A stretch of DNA of 64,000 nucleotides from Octopus vulgaris (lineage: Eukaryota), in assembly GCA_951406725.2 (NCBI GenBank), contig OX597817.1:58404001-58468000 (forward strand), given 5' to 3'. The number at the start of each line of letters is the position of its first letter. Within the stretch, counting starts at the first letter, position 1. Below, piece by piece: positions 15,701 to 29,525 of the stretch. The notes under the pieces were generated by a model. That model saw only the letters and a list, made by a program, of their open reading frames with translations, was not told the origin of the DNA and did no database searches. Both the position numbers and the translations under genes were made by a program.

Positions 15701-16018
15701 ATATATATATACACACATATACAAACGGAAGTTTAAAGTGATTGCCCGTCACACAGGTTGCTTAAACCATGGTGTAGTTGAACCGGGTTTTATACTTTCG
15801 TGGTCTGCGAATTGGACGCGCAACCACCGCCGATGATTGTTTCTTTAACTCCGGCTATGATGTCGTTGCTGCTGCTGGTGATGTTTCTGCACGTGATTTA
15901 ACTTCCTAAAAAAATCCCATTCCTGCTCTAATGCTTTAGATTGTGCTGCCTTTCCGGATATGAGATCTACTGACGACACAGATATTATATATGCTTTCAC
16001 ACATACCTACACACATAC

Positions 16019-16084
<66 letters not shown>

Positions 16085-16311
16085 TACTCTTTACTTTTTC
16101 ACTTGCTTCAGTTATTTGACTGCGGCCATGCTGGAGCACCGCCTTTAGTCGAGAAAATCGACCCCAGGACTTATTCTTTGTTAGCCTAGTACTTAATCTA
16201 TCGGTCTCTTTTGCCGAACCGCTAAGTTACGGGGACGTAAACACACCAGCATCGGTTGTCAAGCGATGTTGGGGGGACAAACACAGACACACAAACATAT
16301 ATATACACACA

Positions 16312-16354
<43 letters not shown>

Positions 16355-16542
16355 GTATACATACATATACATATATACGACGGGCTTCTTTCAGTTTCCG
16401 TCTACCAAATCCACTCACAAGGCTTTGGTCGGCCCGTGGCTATAGTAGAAGACACATGCCCAAGGTGCAACGCAGTGGGACTGAACCCGGAGCCATGTAT
16501 TTGATAAGCAAGCTACTTACCACACAGCCACTCCTGAGCCTA
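16085..16542 (-). mobile_element. Full-length CORE-type SINE
   Basis: tRNA-like head (TGGCTGTGTGG A box, GGTTCAGTCCC B box), CORE-like CCTTGGGCA.GTG, internal microsatellite, LINE-like tail. Confidence 0.9.
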
Positions 16543-16983
16543 TATGTAGAGTGCATATAAAAAATTTCGGCTAATGACGTAATGTAATAGGTGTGTATGT
16601 AAGTGCACGGATTAGTTTACCACTAAAACTCCGGCTTGAACTGGATCTGAAACAAAGGACGTGTAGCTGCTTGTCAAAGATGGCTATAAGTGGTTCATCA
16701 TTGAGCGTGTTGATCTACATTAGGAAGAGAGAATGAACAGACAAAACACGTGATATCACTTTAGAGCATACAATTTATAATACGGACATAATCGCAGAGT
16801 GGTTATAGTAAGCACAGGATTAAGAAATAATGCGAAAAGTCTCTTACAGTTGTTTCCAGAATAGCTGAGAATGTGGAGCAAATCTCCTATGATTAAAAAT
16901 TTCCATGTGAGACAGCTATTCCAAATACAGAGTCGGCCAAAAATCACGCACTAAAATATTGATGTTTTTTTAAAAAATATATA

Positions 16984-17732
<749 letters not shown>

Positions 17733-17734
17733 TT

Positions 17735-18015
17735 TTATTATATGAAAGTCCTCAGCTTATTTTACTGGGTATGATGGAAAGTGTCAGCTGTCCACACCAG
17801 CAGACTAAGGTGACACTTGTTTACTGGTCATGCTTCAAGAACCCTGCAAAGAATTCTAGCAGTTCCAAAGCAATGCTGATTTTTGTAGGTCTTCTACCTT
17901 CATACTAGCACCAATCTTTTTTGGCCATGTTGGTTGTTGAGTGCTGATACTTCCAAATGCACCAATTACTATTGGTATCACGTCTACTCTCTTCCTTGAC
18001 TACAACCATTTTGTT
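17735..18015 (-). mobile_element. R4/Dong-clade (restriction-like endonuclease) LINE 3' fragment
   Basis: VDVIPIVIGAFGS...LQKSALL/GTARILCRVLEA* with one frameshift; 3' end runs into (TGA)n. Confidence 0.75.
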
Positions 18016-18365
18016 GCTATGTATAAGTCCGTGTTGTATTCATCCTTATTTTATCTATTTTATTCAATTTTAGAAAAATCAAAGCATGTTTTTGACAATT
18101 ACGGAGCGTAGTGACTTTATTTTGTGCGTGACTTTTGGCCCATCTAGCATAATAACACACATTCAGTGGCCGAATAAAAAATACTGTAACTAAAGTTGCG
18201 GTAGTTTCTCCTTTCCAGTTTTCAGAATTCACCGAAAAAAGCAGAAAGTAGAACTTATGAACTGTAGGAGTCATTGAGCTTGAATAAATATATTTGTGAC
18301 ACTCCACAGATAATATCAGGTTCTCTGTTTACGTTGTTGATATTTATACGGAAACATGACTAGCG

Positions 18366-18434
<69 letters not shown>

Positions 18435-18869
18435 TACACACACACACAGAAAGATAATACACACACATACATGTATATGCACGCACACTCACGCATATGT
18501 TGTTTACGTAATAACAATTTAAAATCTTCATGTGACAAGAAATTATTTGTTGGAACTCGAAGTAGATTAAGCTATAAATAATAACGTGTAAATATTGGAT
18601 TAAAAAGTCGAAGGCTGTCATATTTACAGATGTGAGTTTGGTATTCCACGGGTAACCTTCAACCTTTTCTATCCAATGAGTTTAAAAAATCAAATATCCA
18701 CACGCTATTATTTATAGCATTATCTACTTCAAGTTCTACTATTAAAAACGATAGAACTCTGCATTATATTCCTCTGAATAGGATATGTAGTCTGCTAGCC
18801 GTGTCCGTTAGAAGAGATTTCTGTGATAACCACATGATTCTCTTAATCAGTACATTACACATTACAATA

Positions 18870-19121
18870 TATATATATTGTATAAAAGATCGTGGGTAAG
18901 GCCAAAACAATGCGAGGTAAATGCAAGGTAAATCACAAAAAAAACCTCCAAATATATGAATTAATGTAGACTTACCTTGTATTCGTCAATTTCTTGAATA
19001 TGGGGTCATAACTCCGAAATATTGTATACAAGGTAAGTCTAAATTAATTCACATATTTATGTTCTTGTGATTTACCTTACATTTACTTCGCATTGTTTTG
19101 GCCTTATCCACGGTCTTTTAT

Positions 19122-19125
<4 letters not shown>
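18870..19125. repeat. Fold-back element, ~105-bp inverted arms, TA-flanked
   Basis: TTGTATAAAAGATCGTGG..GACTTACCTTGTA pairs with TACAAGGTAAGTC..CCACGGTCTTTTTATACAA. Confidence 0.85.
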
Positions 19126-19175
<50 letters not shown>

Positions 19176-19178
19176 TTA

Positions 19179-19235
<57 letters not shown>

Positions 19236-19331
19236 TAGAAAAAAAACCACCTATATATAATTTTATATGTAATTTTCTAGATGGTGTAATTTAATTTTTC
19301 ATTTTGAATTGATAAATGGTGGTTTTTCCTA

Positions 19332-19379
<48 letters not shown>

Positions 19380-19446
19380 TGAAATTTGATTTAGCATTTC
19401 TAAATTGAATTTTTTCCTGAAAGTTTGGAATAATATTCCCTCAAAT

Positions 19447-19516
<70 letters not shown>

Positions 19517-19561
19517 GTTTGTGTGTATATATATATATATATGTATGTATGTATGTTTGTG

Positions 19562-19592
<31 letters not shown>

Positions 19593-20051
19593 GTATATGA
19601 GTAAATAAATAACAAACGATGGATAAATGTCAGATATTTTATCCAACGTTTGTTATTTATTTATTCGCTTATAATATACCAACAGGGATTCCCGACCCGT
19701 CGGACATCCTGGAGTATGTCAAATACCGTGCGACCAATCCACCGTCCGCTTTGGACCAGCTCCTGGGCGTTAAATACTCGTAAGGGTTAAATTGTCACTG
19801 TGCTTAACCTGAATATTTCACTGGATATGTTTTAGTACCCAGTATTTTTATTCGACTAAAGGTGGTGTTTACAAGTTAATTCAACCCTATCATTTAAGTA
19901 CCTGATTTTTTCCTTGATCTTTAATATTATATATATATAAAATACATACATAGATACATACACACATACATACACACATACACACATACATACACACATA
20001 CATACACACACACATACATACATACATACACACACTTACATACATATACAT

Positions 20052-20106
<55 letters not shown>

Positions 20107-20298
20107 TACATACACACATACATACATGCATACATACATACATATATATATATGTACTAGTCCAATCAGAATGGACATTTAATATTTTATTATTTCATCA
20201 TATATCATCTTATATATATTATTATATTATAAAATTGTAAATAAAACGTGAAAATCAAAGTTGGGATTTCTTTGAGTAATAAATTTTCCTATAAACAA

Positions 20299-20386
<88 letters not shown>

Positions 20387-20949
20387 GTTGGCTACAGGAG
20401 TAGTAGACCCCTTATCAATGGCTTGCAGACTTTTCCCTGCATCTTCTCAGACCATATTTTATGTATGAATGTATGTATATATGCACGTACGTTTTTGTGT
20501 GTGTGTATGAATGCATGTATGTGTATGTGTATGCATACTATACATACATACATACATACATACATACACCTGTATAAACATAAATACATACATATTTACA
20601 TCAACAACGAGTCTAGCCTGTGTAATTTCCCAAACGAAAGCCACACAATTAAAGTAGGGGGACATACCATACCAACCAACACACACACGTATGTGTACAC
20701 ACTCTCTCCATCTGTTTCCCATAGAAATGAAAGAATTTATATTAGATTCTCGTTTACTATTTACATTCCTTTATATATCTTAGATAATCGCTGCCTGTTT
20801 CGAATTCTTACCGGAAACGCCACGTATATATACAACATACATAATATATACATAAATACTTACACACACACACACACATACACACGTATATATATAATAT
20901 ATATACACATACAAACATGTTTGTGTGCATACATATGTACGTATCTATA

Positions 20950-21168
20950 TACAAGAGATGCTGAAAAGCTCCTGTCTTTAAAGTTGTCGCGTGAGGCCTG
21001 GCTGCAGGCCCAACCTTACGAATTCTTTTACGGGGCTTAGAAAAACTGAAGGACGGCTGCAATAAATGTGTGAACCTGAGAGAGGAATATGCTGTATAGA
21101 ATCATAATTAACTGATCCTCCTATATTTTCTTTTACCCACAGCCAGGAATTTTTCAGCACTCCTTCGT
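20950..21168 (+). mobile_element. Mariner-derived MITE
   Basis: TIR like TACGAAGG.GTGCTGAAAA.TTCCTGGC, TA ends, residual transposase C-terminus; second copy at 34747-34965. Confidence 0.75.
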
Positions 21169-21238
21169 AAGTGTGTGAGTGTGTGTGTATATATATATAT
21201 ATATGTGTGTGCATATATATATGTATGTATGTGTATAT

Positions 21239-21311
<73 letters not shown>

Positions 21312-21679
21312 TACACATGGACATGTGCTCCTTTCTAATCGGTCAAGACTAACGGCTTCATGACATACATACATACATACATACATACATACATACATAC
21401 GTACGTACGTACATACATGCATACATACATACATACATGCATACATACATACATACGTACGTACGTACATACATACATACATACATACATACATAATACA
21501 TGCATACATACATACATACATACATAAGTAATTATTTGGACCTTGGGTATATGGTTAGTAGCATGCCGATAAAAGCACTTCCACTGTTTAGGCTACCTGA
21601 TGTCTTCCACAGATTTAATATAAGTGTCAGATCTACTTCAGTATTTCTGCAGGATTCGTTGAGTTTATAATGAATGAAT

Positions 21680-22320
21680 GAAACGGAAAATGGAGTTCGC
21701 AAGAATCTTTATTTAGGAGAACGATCGTTTCAACCCTTCCTGCTTCTGTCCTCTGTGGGCGGGATATTGTACAAATGACTGTGTTGCTTCCTCCAGTGCA
21801 GAATGCATCTCATCGGGCGTCTTGTTTGAAATAATATATACTTCGCTAAATATCCTCGGTTTCGTTTCACATGACCACGTATATAGATATGTGTATATGT
21901 ACGTCTATATATGTGTTCATGTCAAGACGTGTTTACTTATCTTTCTTCATTTTATCTTTTAATTGTTTTCTTTTGAAACTATTTTATTTTTTTATCTTTT
22001 ATTACTTTACTCTGTGTCAGTTACTCACAATGAACTGCAACCGGACCCATTAATCGGTTACAATCTGGAAATTGTATCCATTCCCTATCATTGCAGTCAA
22101 CACTCCACTGGCGACAACAACATGCCAAGCGAAACGAAGTAGATTTGGCGAGGTATCTTATTTAAAACAAGACACCCGATGTGATACATTTTCTTGCACT
22201 GGTGGATGCAGCACAACCAGTTGCATAGTAACCCGTTTGCAAGGGACAGATGCAAGATGGTGGGTCGAAACGATCGTTGTGTTGAATAAAGATTCTTGCT
22301 AACTCCATTTTCCATTTCCC
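21680..22320. repeat. Diverged inverted repeat (~190-bp arms), Penelope-like remnant
   Basis: 21680-21870 is the reverse complement of 22130-22320 (e.g. GCAAGAATCTTTATT..AACGATCGTTTC). Confidence 0.7.
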
Positions 22321-22321
22321 T

Positions 22322-23510
22322 CATACATACATGGTGGTTGTCTACTCCTTATGCAGAGTTTGGCCACCTCCTGTACCTACACCTTAGAACCATCATGACA
22401 TCTAATGTGGCTTAAAAGCATCTAATGTGAAAAGACACCCACATAGATTGCATATCCGATATGGACCACCAAGTGTTGCAGTTAAGTTCTGATCTTTGTG
22501 GATCTTAGAATGTCTTTTGAGGTTTCCGTTAGATTTGCAAACCTCCTGGCATACATTGCATTCAAAGGTATGGATAGACATACAGGCAGAACAGTTGGTG
22601 GAGGTTCGTCTTCCATGGGTTCGCAAATGAGATTTGAGCCCAGCAAAAGAAAGGCATGTTCTGTCACAAACTGTGCACACAAAAAGGTCATTGTGATTCG
22701 CCTTCTCGATTGTAATATTCTTCCTTAAATCTTTTTTGAGTCTTGCATGCGTTATCCTGGCCTCTTCAAACGCTTTCACTCCACTCCACACAGCTCGATC
22801 CGAAACAAGGATTTCTATGTCCTCTGGATCTATTCCAAATTCATGTTAGTCCTAATGCCGTCCTTAGGCTTCTTTTGGGGTTTACACCAATAGCGTTTCT
22901 CCTCTGCAAGTTCACCATAAAACAGCTGTTTGGGTGTGCGTTCATCCCCCATTCGAACAGTAAGGCCACACCATCTCATTTGGTTTTACAAAATCATTGC
23001 TTTAATTGAGGTGATGCCTGCAGGTGCAAGGACATCTGTGTTTGGAGTAAAAGAACTCTATTTAATGTTTAAAATGCGATGAAGGCATTTTTGGTGGAAT
23101 TCTTCTAACAATTTGAAATGTCTTTCATAACATGTCCTTGTTTTAGAAGAACACAACAGAGATGGTAAGACAAAGGATTTGTAAAGAACCAACTTTGTAT
23201 TGTTGTTTATATGTTGCTGACACCAAACACGCGACTCCAAGCTACCAAATGCTTGTGCTGCCATTTGAATTCGCAGGTGTATTTCTGTAGCTAGATTCCC
23301 ATCTTTTTGTACTTTCAAGGTAGATGAAAGTACCAAGGTCAGGTCGCTCTTGAGTGCTAGTGGTAGCATGTAATCCAGTACAACCTGTTGCATGGCCGGG
23401 TCGTCGGTGCCTAAACTGGCAACCCCACCAGGCTTGCTTGATGAGGAGGGTGTTTGTTAGCTACCCTGAGGGATGAAAAATAAGACCCGTCAAAAGGGCA
23501 GAGGAACTTA
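22322..23510 (-). mobile_element. Internally deleted RTE element with C-terminal C2H2 fingers
   Basis: UTR-like sequence joined to EIHLRIQMAAQAFGSLESRVW..FHQKCLHRIL; C-terminal CTVCDRTC..HLRTH and CNVCQEVC..HSKIH; short (ATGT)n tail. Confidence 0.75.
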
Positions 23511-23562
23511 AACATACATAATACATGCATACATACATACATACATACATACATACATACAT

Positions 23563-23593
<31 letters not shown>

Positions 23594-23663
23594 TATAATA
23601 CACATGCATGTATATGTGTATGTGATGTGATACAGATATCTATATCACTAAACAGATGGAAGT

Positions 23664-23910
23664 GGAGGCGCGTGGCTTAGTGGTTAGGGTGTCAGAATCA
23701 TGATCGTAAGATTGTGGTTTCGCTTCCTGGACCAGGCGACGCGTTGTGTTCTTGATCAAAACACTTCATTTCACGTTGCTCCAGTCCACTCAGCTGGCAA
23801 AAATGAGTACCACTGCGATGTACTGGCATCCCGTCCAGCTAGGGAACACATACGGCATAGAAACCGGGAAACCGGGCCCATGAGCCTGGCTAGGATTTAA
23901 AAGGGCACAT
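23664..23910 (+). mobile_element. tRNA-derived SINE (second family)
   Basis: GGAGGCGCGTGGCTTAGTGGTTAG A box and GGTTTCG.TTCC B box; copy at 33689-33930. Confidence 0.8.
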
Positions 23911-24137
23911 TTATTTTAAACCTCACTCAAGTCATACACATAGGTGCGTGATGGGCTATGTGCTTGCTTGTGTATGTGTGTATGTATGCGTGTGCGTGTG
24001 TGTGTGTGTGTTGTATACTCAAATAGCAGATAATTGAGAGATACTTTGCTTTGTTTTTTGTTTTTTTAAAGAAACGGTTCCTCTTGTCCGATTGGTTTAT
24101 CTTTCTACTTTTTTTCTTTTTTTGTGTGAAATTTCAG

Positions 24138-24303
24138 GTTTGGTGTGAACAGCGGTCTGCACGTGGTGCCAAAACAGTGCAAGATGCTGAAGGACGGCTG
24201 CACTCCACACTATGTTCGTCGGGACAACGAAAACGTTGATTGTGTTTCGGGTACACCGATAATGATCGACGATTCCGCTCATAAGAAATCAGACCACGAC
24301 TAA
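24138..24303 (+). CDS. Beta-microseminoprotein-like gene, terminal coding exon 3
   Basis: Polypyrimidine tract plus TTTCAG acceptor; FGVNSGLHVVPKQCKMLKDGCTPHYVRRDNENVDCVSGTPIMIDDSAHKKSDHD, TAA at 24301-24303. Confidence 0.9.
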
Positions 24304-24724
24304 AAATGATCCCTGCTGCACATTGTTCGACTCACCGACATGAGACATGAATAAGAACTACTGCAAAAACAGCCAAACTATGCACGGCATTCATTGTGGC
24401 AAATTAGAATAGAATATAAGTATTTTAGTAAGCAACTTATATTTTGGTTTTCTCTTTGCTTTTTTTCCAGGTTCGAATCCTGGCTAACGCATTTGATTTT
24501 TGTGGTTGTCACGGTGACCACTCAAAGATAATTTCACATCATAAAATTTTAACTGATCTTTCCTCAGACTCCCCTAAACCGATTGTCAAGTAGAACTAAT
24601 GACCTTCATGCGTCATATTTAACGATTATCATCACTTACCTCTTCCTACCCTCCTTTTTTAACCACCACCACCACCACCATCATCATCATCGTCATCATC
24701 ATTGTTATTTTGTTCTTTACTTAC

Positions 24725-25815
24725 ATCAGCTTTTGAGTTCAAATCCCGCCAGGCTTGAATTTACCTCTTCTTAAATTTCGAGGATGGGGTTTCTATCATG
24801 AATAAATAAAGTACCAGTCGTCTACTGGGGTCGATATAATCGATTATGCTTCCTCCCTCCACCGCCGTTTTGTCTTGTATTTAGTTACGATCATTTTCTG
24901 CATTCTGCCTTAAATTTCATCGAGGCCATCTTTAACTTTCATCCCTCTGGGGTTGATAATATAAGATACTAGCCAAGGACTGGGGTGAAGGGTGGATTCA
25001 ATCAAATGAGCCACACCCTTAATTTTGCGGCTTTGTGCCTATATTAGAAACATTTATCATTATTTCGGACATTATCATCACTATCGTCAATTATTTCATT
25101 ATCGTCGTCAACATCATTATCATCGTCATCGTCCTTCATTATCGTCAACTTCATTATCATCATCAACTTCAATATCGTCGGCATAATTCTTCTTCTTATT
25201 GGTAGCGAAAGTCGAAGCAATGAAATACCAATCTAGCAGATCAACTCCGAAATCTGGTTTTAATTCTGCGATGGAGTAATTTCAGTTCATGTTCGTCTTT
25301 CGTGGCCTCGGGAGATGGATTTATACCACAACATCTTATTTCCTTCATCACTTAGAATTTGCAAACATTCCCATCAATGAAACCAGCAATTATTATTGCC
25401 ATCATCACGAAACATTAAGGCGGTGAGTTGGCAGAATCGTTAGCGCGCCGGACGAAATGCTTAGAGGTATTTCGCCCGTCGCTACGTTGAGTTCAAATTC
25501 CGCCGGGGTAGACTTTACCTTTCATCCTTTCGGGGTCGATAAAATAAGTACCAGTTGAACACTGGGGTCGATGTAAACGACTCATCCCCTCCATAAAAAT
25601 TGCTGCCCTTGTGGCAAAATTTGAAAACATTATCACGAACATTAATGTTCGGTCGATTGGCAGAATCGTTAGAGCGTCAGAAAAAATGCCCTGTGATATT
25701 TCTTCTGGCTTTTTACGTTCTGAGTTCAAATCCCACTGAAATCTTTGCCATTCCTTCTTCCGAGTTCAATAAAATGAAGAACTAGTCAAGTATTGGAGTC
25801 GATGTAATCGACTGC
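24725..25815 (+). mobile_element. Cluster of diverged Nin-like SINE copies
   Basis: Core motifs near 24735, 24910, 25490 and 25720. Confidence 0.7.
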
Positions 25816-26300
25816 ACCTCATTGTGACAAGAACCTTGCACGGTAGTAAATTCTCCGTACGTTTGCAAACCATTTCAATTCCTAATTGAAACCTAATTTC
25901 TCTATATTCATTGGGAAGATCATAATCATCACAGCGCTTCATTTTCCGTCATGGATAGAAAACAAATATCCAGGCTTCATGTAATCCTTACCAAATCTCT
26001 CACCGCAATATTTTCAGTTTTATAATCAACCAAAATCTTACGCTTCCCAATGACACCAGCATATTTTAAGAATTCAATTTCTTGTAACAACGTATGTTTT
26101 CATTAAACCATTTAACAGTAATATATTTCTTCGCTTTTTCATTTCTGGTCTGCTGTCTGAAAGAAAACTGTAAACAATGAGAGGCAACGAGTATTTCATA
26201 ATCAGAAAGACCATCTTGGTATTTCGAGAACATCGAAACAAAAGGTTATCCGACTACAACTGGAAATGTAGATAGTAACAGGTTGTATTAAGTGTTTATA

Positions 26301-26505
26301 CAGCAATCCCTCGACTATCGCGGGTGTTATACAGTAATCCCGCGATAAGTGAAAATCCGCGAAGTAGAAACAGTACTGAACTATACATTTTAAAAAATTA
26401 TTTTTATAATTTGTGTGTATTTATTTCATTATAAATGCAAAATAACAGTACGGATGAATCGATGTAAGCTTAAATGATAAACCGCGATATGGCAAGGGAT
26501 TACTG
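26301..26505. mobile_element. pogo/Tigger-type MITE
   Basis: TA|CAGCAATCCCTCG..ATCGCGG ... CCGCGAT..AAGGGATTACTG|TA. Confidence 0.8.
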
Positions 26506-27432
26506 TATATGTAAGTAAGTACAAAGAGAATATGTTATACAAGGTGAGATCAATATCAAAGATGGAATATTGAAACAGAATTGCTATTAAGATAGAATAT
26601 TAGATATTAAAAAAAACAATGCTACTTTTTTTTATATAGCAAAGCGATTGATATGTGTCTTAGAAAAGTTTAAGTTCTGCTGCGCTATTTCGTGTTAGAA
26701 TCTCATTTACAAAGTCTTCGAAGGACAAATATACGAGCATACATACATACATTGCAATGCAATGCAATACATACATACATACATACATACATACATACAT
26801 ACATACATACATACATACATACACACACACATACATACACACATACATACACACATACATACACACATACACACATACATACACACACACATACATACAT
26901 ACACACATACATACACACATACATATATAAATACATACACACAAGCATACGTACATACATACGTACATACATACATACATACATACATACACACATACAT
27001 ACATACACACATACATACACACATACATATATAAATACATATATATATATATCACACACACACACACAGACAGACACACACACACACACACTCACACATA
27101 CATATTTGTATGTGCGTGGGTGCACGTGTGTATTCTTCACGAAGGAGTTCTTTACTCGAAATCTTAAAATTGACAAAATACTTGTTTATATGAAAACATT
27201 TCAATAACTTTGATACTTTGGAGGAAAGACTTTTGTCAACATGACATGGCAGTCCCGACTTAGGACGAATGTTGCTGTAATTTAGCCTCAGGACATATCG
27301 TCTCAAGCCGGCTATACGACATGACCCGTGTCCTTATATTTTCGAACAAGGGAATCTAGCACCCCCACTCAGCTCAAAACAATATCTGTGTATCGCGATA
27401 TCCGGGTTATTTCCCTTCATCATTGCAGAATA

Positions 27433-27852
27433 ACATTACTTCCGGTCTGATTGTTGATCCACACACTCAAAAACCATTCCGTATTGAGAATCACATGAGA
27501 TCTATGGTAAAACCTCATCACCAAACAAATAAATAAAAATAACGTCCGGCAGTTAACGGATTAATCTGCTTAAATACTTCACTTAATTTTTGTCCTTGTC
27601 ATAAATTGTTCTCACGACAGACGCAGCAAGTTTTAATATTTTTATAACATGGTTGAGGTTTTTCTCCTGCGTGAAATGTTTGTAAAATATGGAGTTCAAC
27701 GTTGAACTTAATCTCTTTGTTACTCCGCTTCACAGCTTTCAGTTTCACTTGGAGTCTCCTTTACAATCATTTTCAGTGAGAATAACATATTGTACCGGAC
27801 GTGGTTGTAGTTAAGTCCAACAGCGGTGGCGATTGATAGGAAAACGTATAAC
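27433..27852 (+). repeat. ~420-bp local duplication, copy 1
   Basis: Closely similar to 30840-31256. Confidence 0.9.
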
Positions 27853-27914
27853 GAATAGACAGAGTATAGAAGCCGAGGAAAGCTGTGCGTGTTCTGTGTT
27901 GGGAGTAATTGTCA

Positions 27915-28490
27915 ACCGAAGCCTTGTGAGTGGAGTTGGTAGACGGAAACTGAAAGAAGCGGCGAGCTGGCAGAAACGTTAGCAAGCCAGGCGAGATGCT
28001 TTAAAGTATTTCGTCTGCCGTTACGTTCTGAGTTCAAATTCCGCCGAGGTCGCCTTTGCCTTTCATCCTTTCGGGGTTGATAAATTAAGTACCAGTTACG
28101 CACTTAATCCCTTTGTCTGTCCTTGTTTGTCCCCTCTATGTTTAGCCCCTTGTGAGCAATAAATAAATAAGGAAACTGAAAGAAGCCTCCGTCTGCGTGT
28201 ATGTGTGTGAATGTGTGTGTTTGTTCACCCACGGCTTGACAACCGGTGTTGGCGTGTTTACGTTTCCGTATCCTAGCGATTCGGCAAAAGGGTGCGATAG
28301 AATAAGGATTCGGCTTACAAAAAAGAAAAAAAGAAGAAAAAAACATCAAGAAAAAATGAAGACAAAAACGAAAAAAAAAAAAAAAAGACAAAAAGCAAGA
28401 TAAGTCATGGAGTGGATTCATTCGACTAAAATTTCTTCAAGGCGGTGCCCCAGCATGGCCGCAGTCTAATGCCTGAAACAAGACAGAAGA
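27915..28490 (+). mobile_element. CORE-type SINE with a nested Nin-like SINE (27961-28170)
   Basis: 16-bp TSD GGAAACTGAAAGAAGC at 27945-27960 and 28171-28186. Confidence 0.85.
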
Positions 28491-28644
28491 TAAAAAAAAA
28501 ATTTTTTAAAAAAACAAAAAAGAAACCCTGAGACATTTGATGGCATAAAAGATGCACGGACGTGTTAGACGCACCTCAATTTCAGCAGTGAAAATAAAAA
28601 AAAAAAGAAAAACAGTCTGGGTACATTAAAGTATGTAATATATT

Positions 28645-28915
28645 CTTTTCTACTCTAGGCACAAGGCCAGAAATTTTTGGGGAGGGGGCCAGTCGATTAG
28701 ATCGACCCCAGTACGCAACTGGTACTTAATTTATCGACCCTGAAAGCATGACAGTCGACCTCGGCGGAATTTGAACACTGAACGTAAATACAGACGAAAT
28801 ACCTATTTCTTTACTACCCACAAGGGGATAAACACAGAGCGGACAAACAAGAACAGACAAACGGATTAAGTCAATTATATCGACCCCAGTGCGTAACTGG
28901 TACTTAATTTAATCG
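28645..28915 (-). mobile_element. Nin-like SINE, two tandem units
   Basis: Reverse complement of the 950-1224 region. Confidence 0.8.
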
Positions 28916-29109
28916 GTGCTTCGGATGCAGGAATAGAAATGAAAAAAAAAGAGGCGGCAGAGGAGGGGCCTAGAAGGGTGGGAGCTATACGATACAGGAG
29001 AAATCACTGTAATTTAAGGCAATAATAATACCGAGGTCAGTTGAATTGGAGCACCAACAATGTGGAAAGAAAGTATAGAGCGTATAGATGTTGCTTGATT
29101 GGAGTGGCC

Positions 29110-29525
29110 ATAGGCGTAGGAGTGGCTGTGTGGTAAGTAGCTTGCTTACGAACCACATGGTTCCGGGTTCAGTCCCACAGCGTGGCACCTTGGGCAAGTG
29201 TCTGCTGCTATAGCCTCGGGCCGACCAAAACCTTGTGAGTGGATTTGGTAGACGGAAACTGAAGGAAGCCCGTCGTATATATGTATATATATGTATGTAT
29301 GTGTGTGTATATGTTTGTGTGTCGGTGTTTGTCCCCACAACATCGCTTGACAACCGATGCTGGTGTGTTTACGTCCCCGTAACTTAGCGGTTCGGCGAAA
29401 GAGACCGATAGAATAAGTACTAGGCTTACAAAGAATAAGTCCTAGAGTCGATTTGCTCGACTAAAGGTGGTGCTCCAGCATGGCCACAGTCAAATGACTG
29501 AAACAAGTAAAAGAGTAAAAGAGAG
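29110..29525 (+). mobile_element. Full-length CORE-type SINE
   Basis: Same structure as 16085-16542. Confidence 0.9.

Noticed and set aside
27660-27695. Minus-strand HISQTFHAGEKP resembling a C2H2 linker
   Set aside because: No CxxC upstream and the frame is closed by stops
29110-29185. tRNA genes at SINE heads
   Set aside because: A/B boxes are present but run into SINE bodies; no complete cloverleaf
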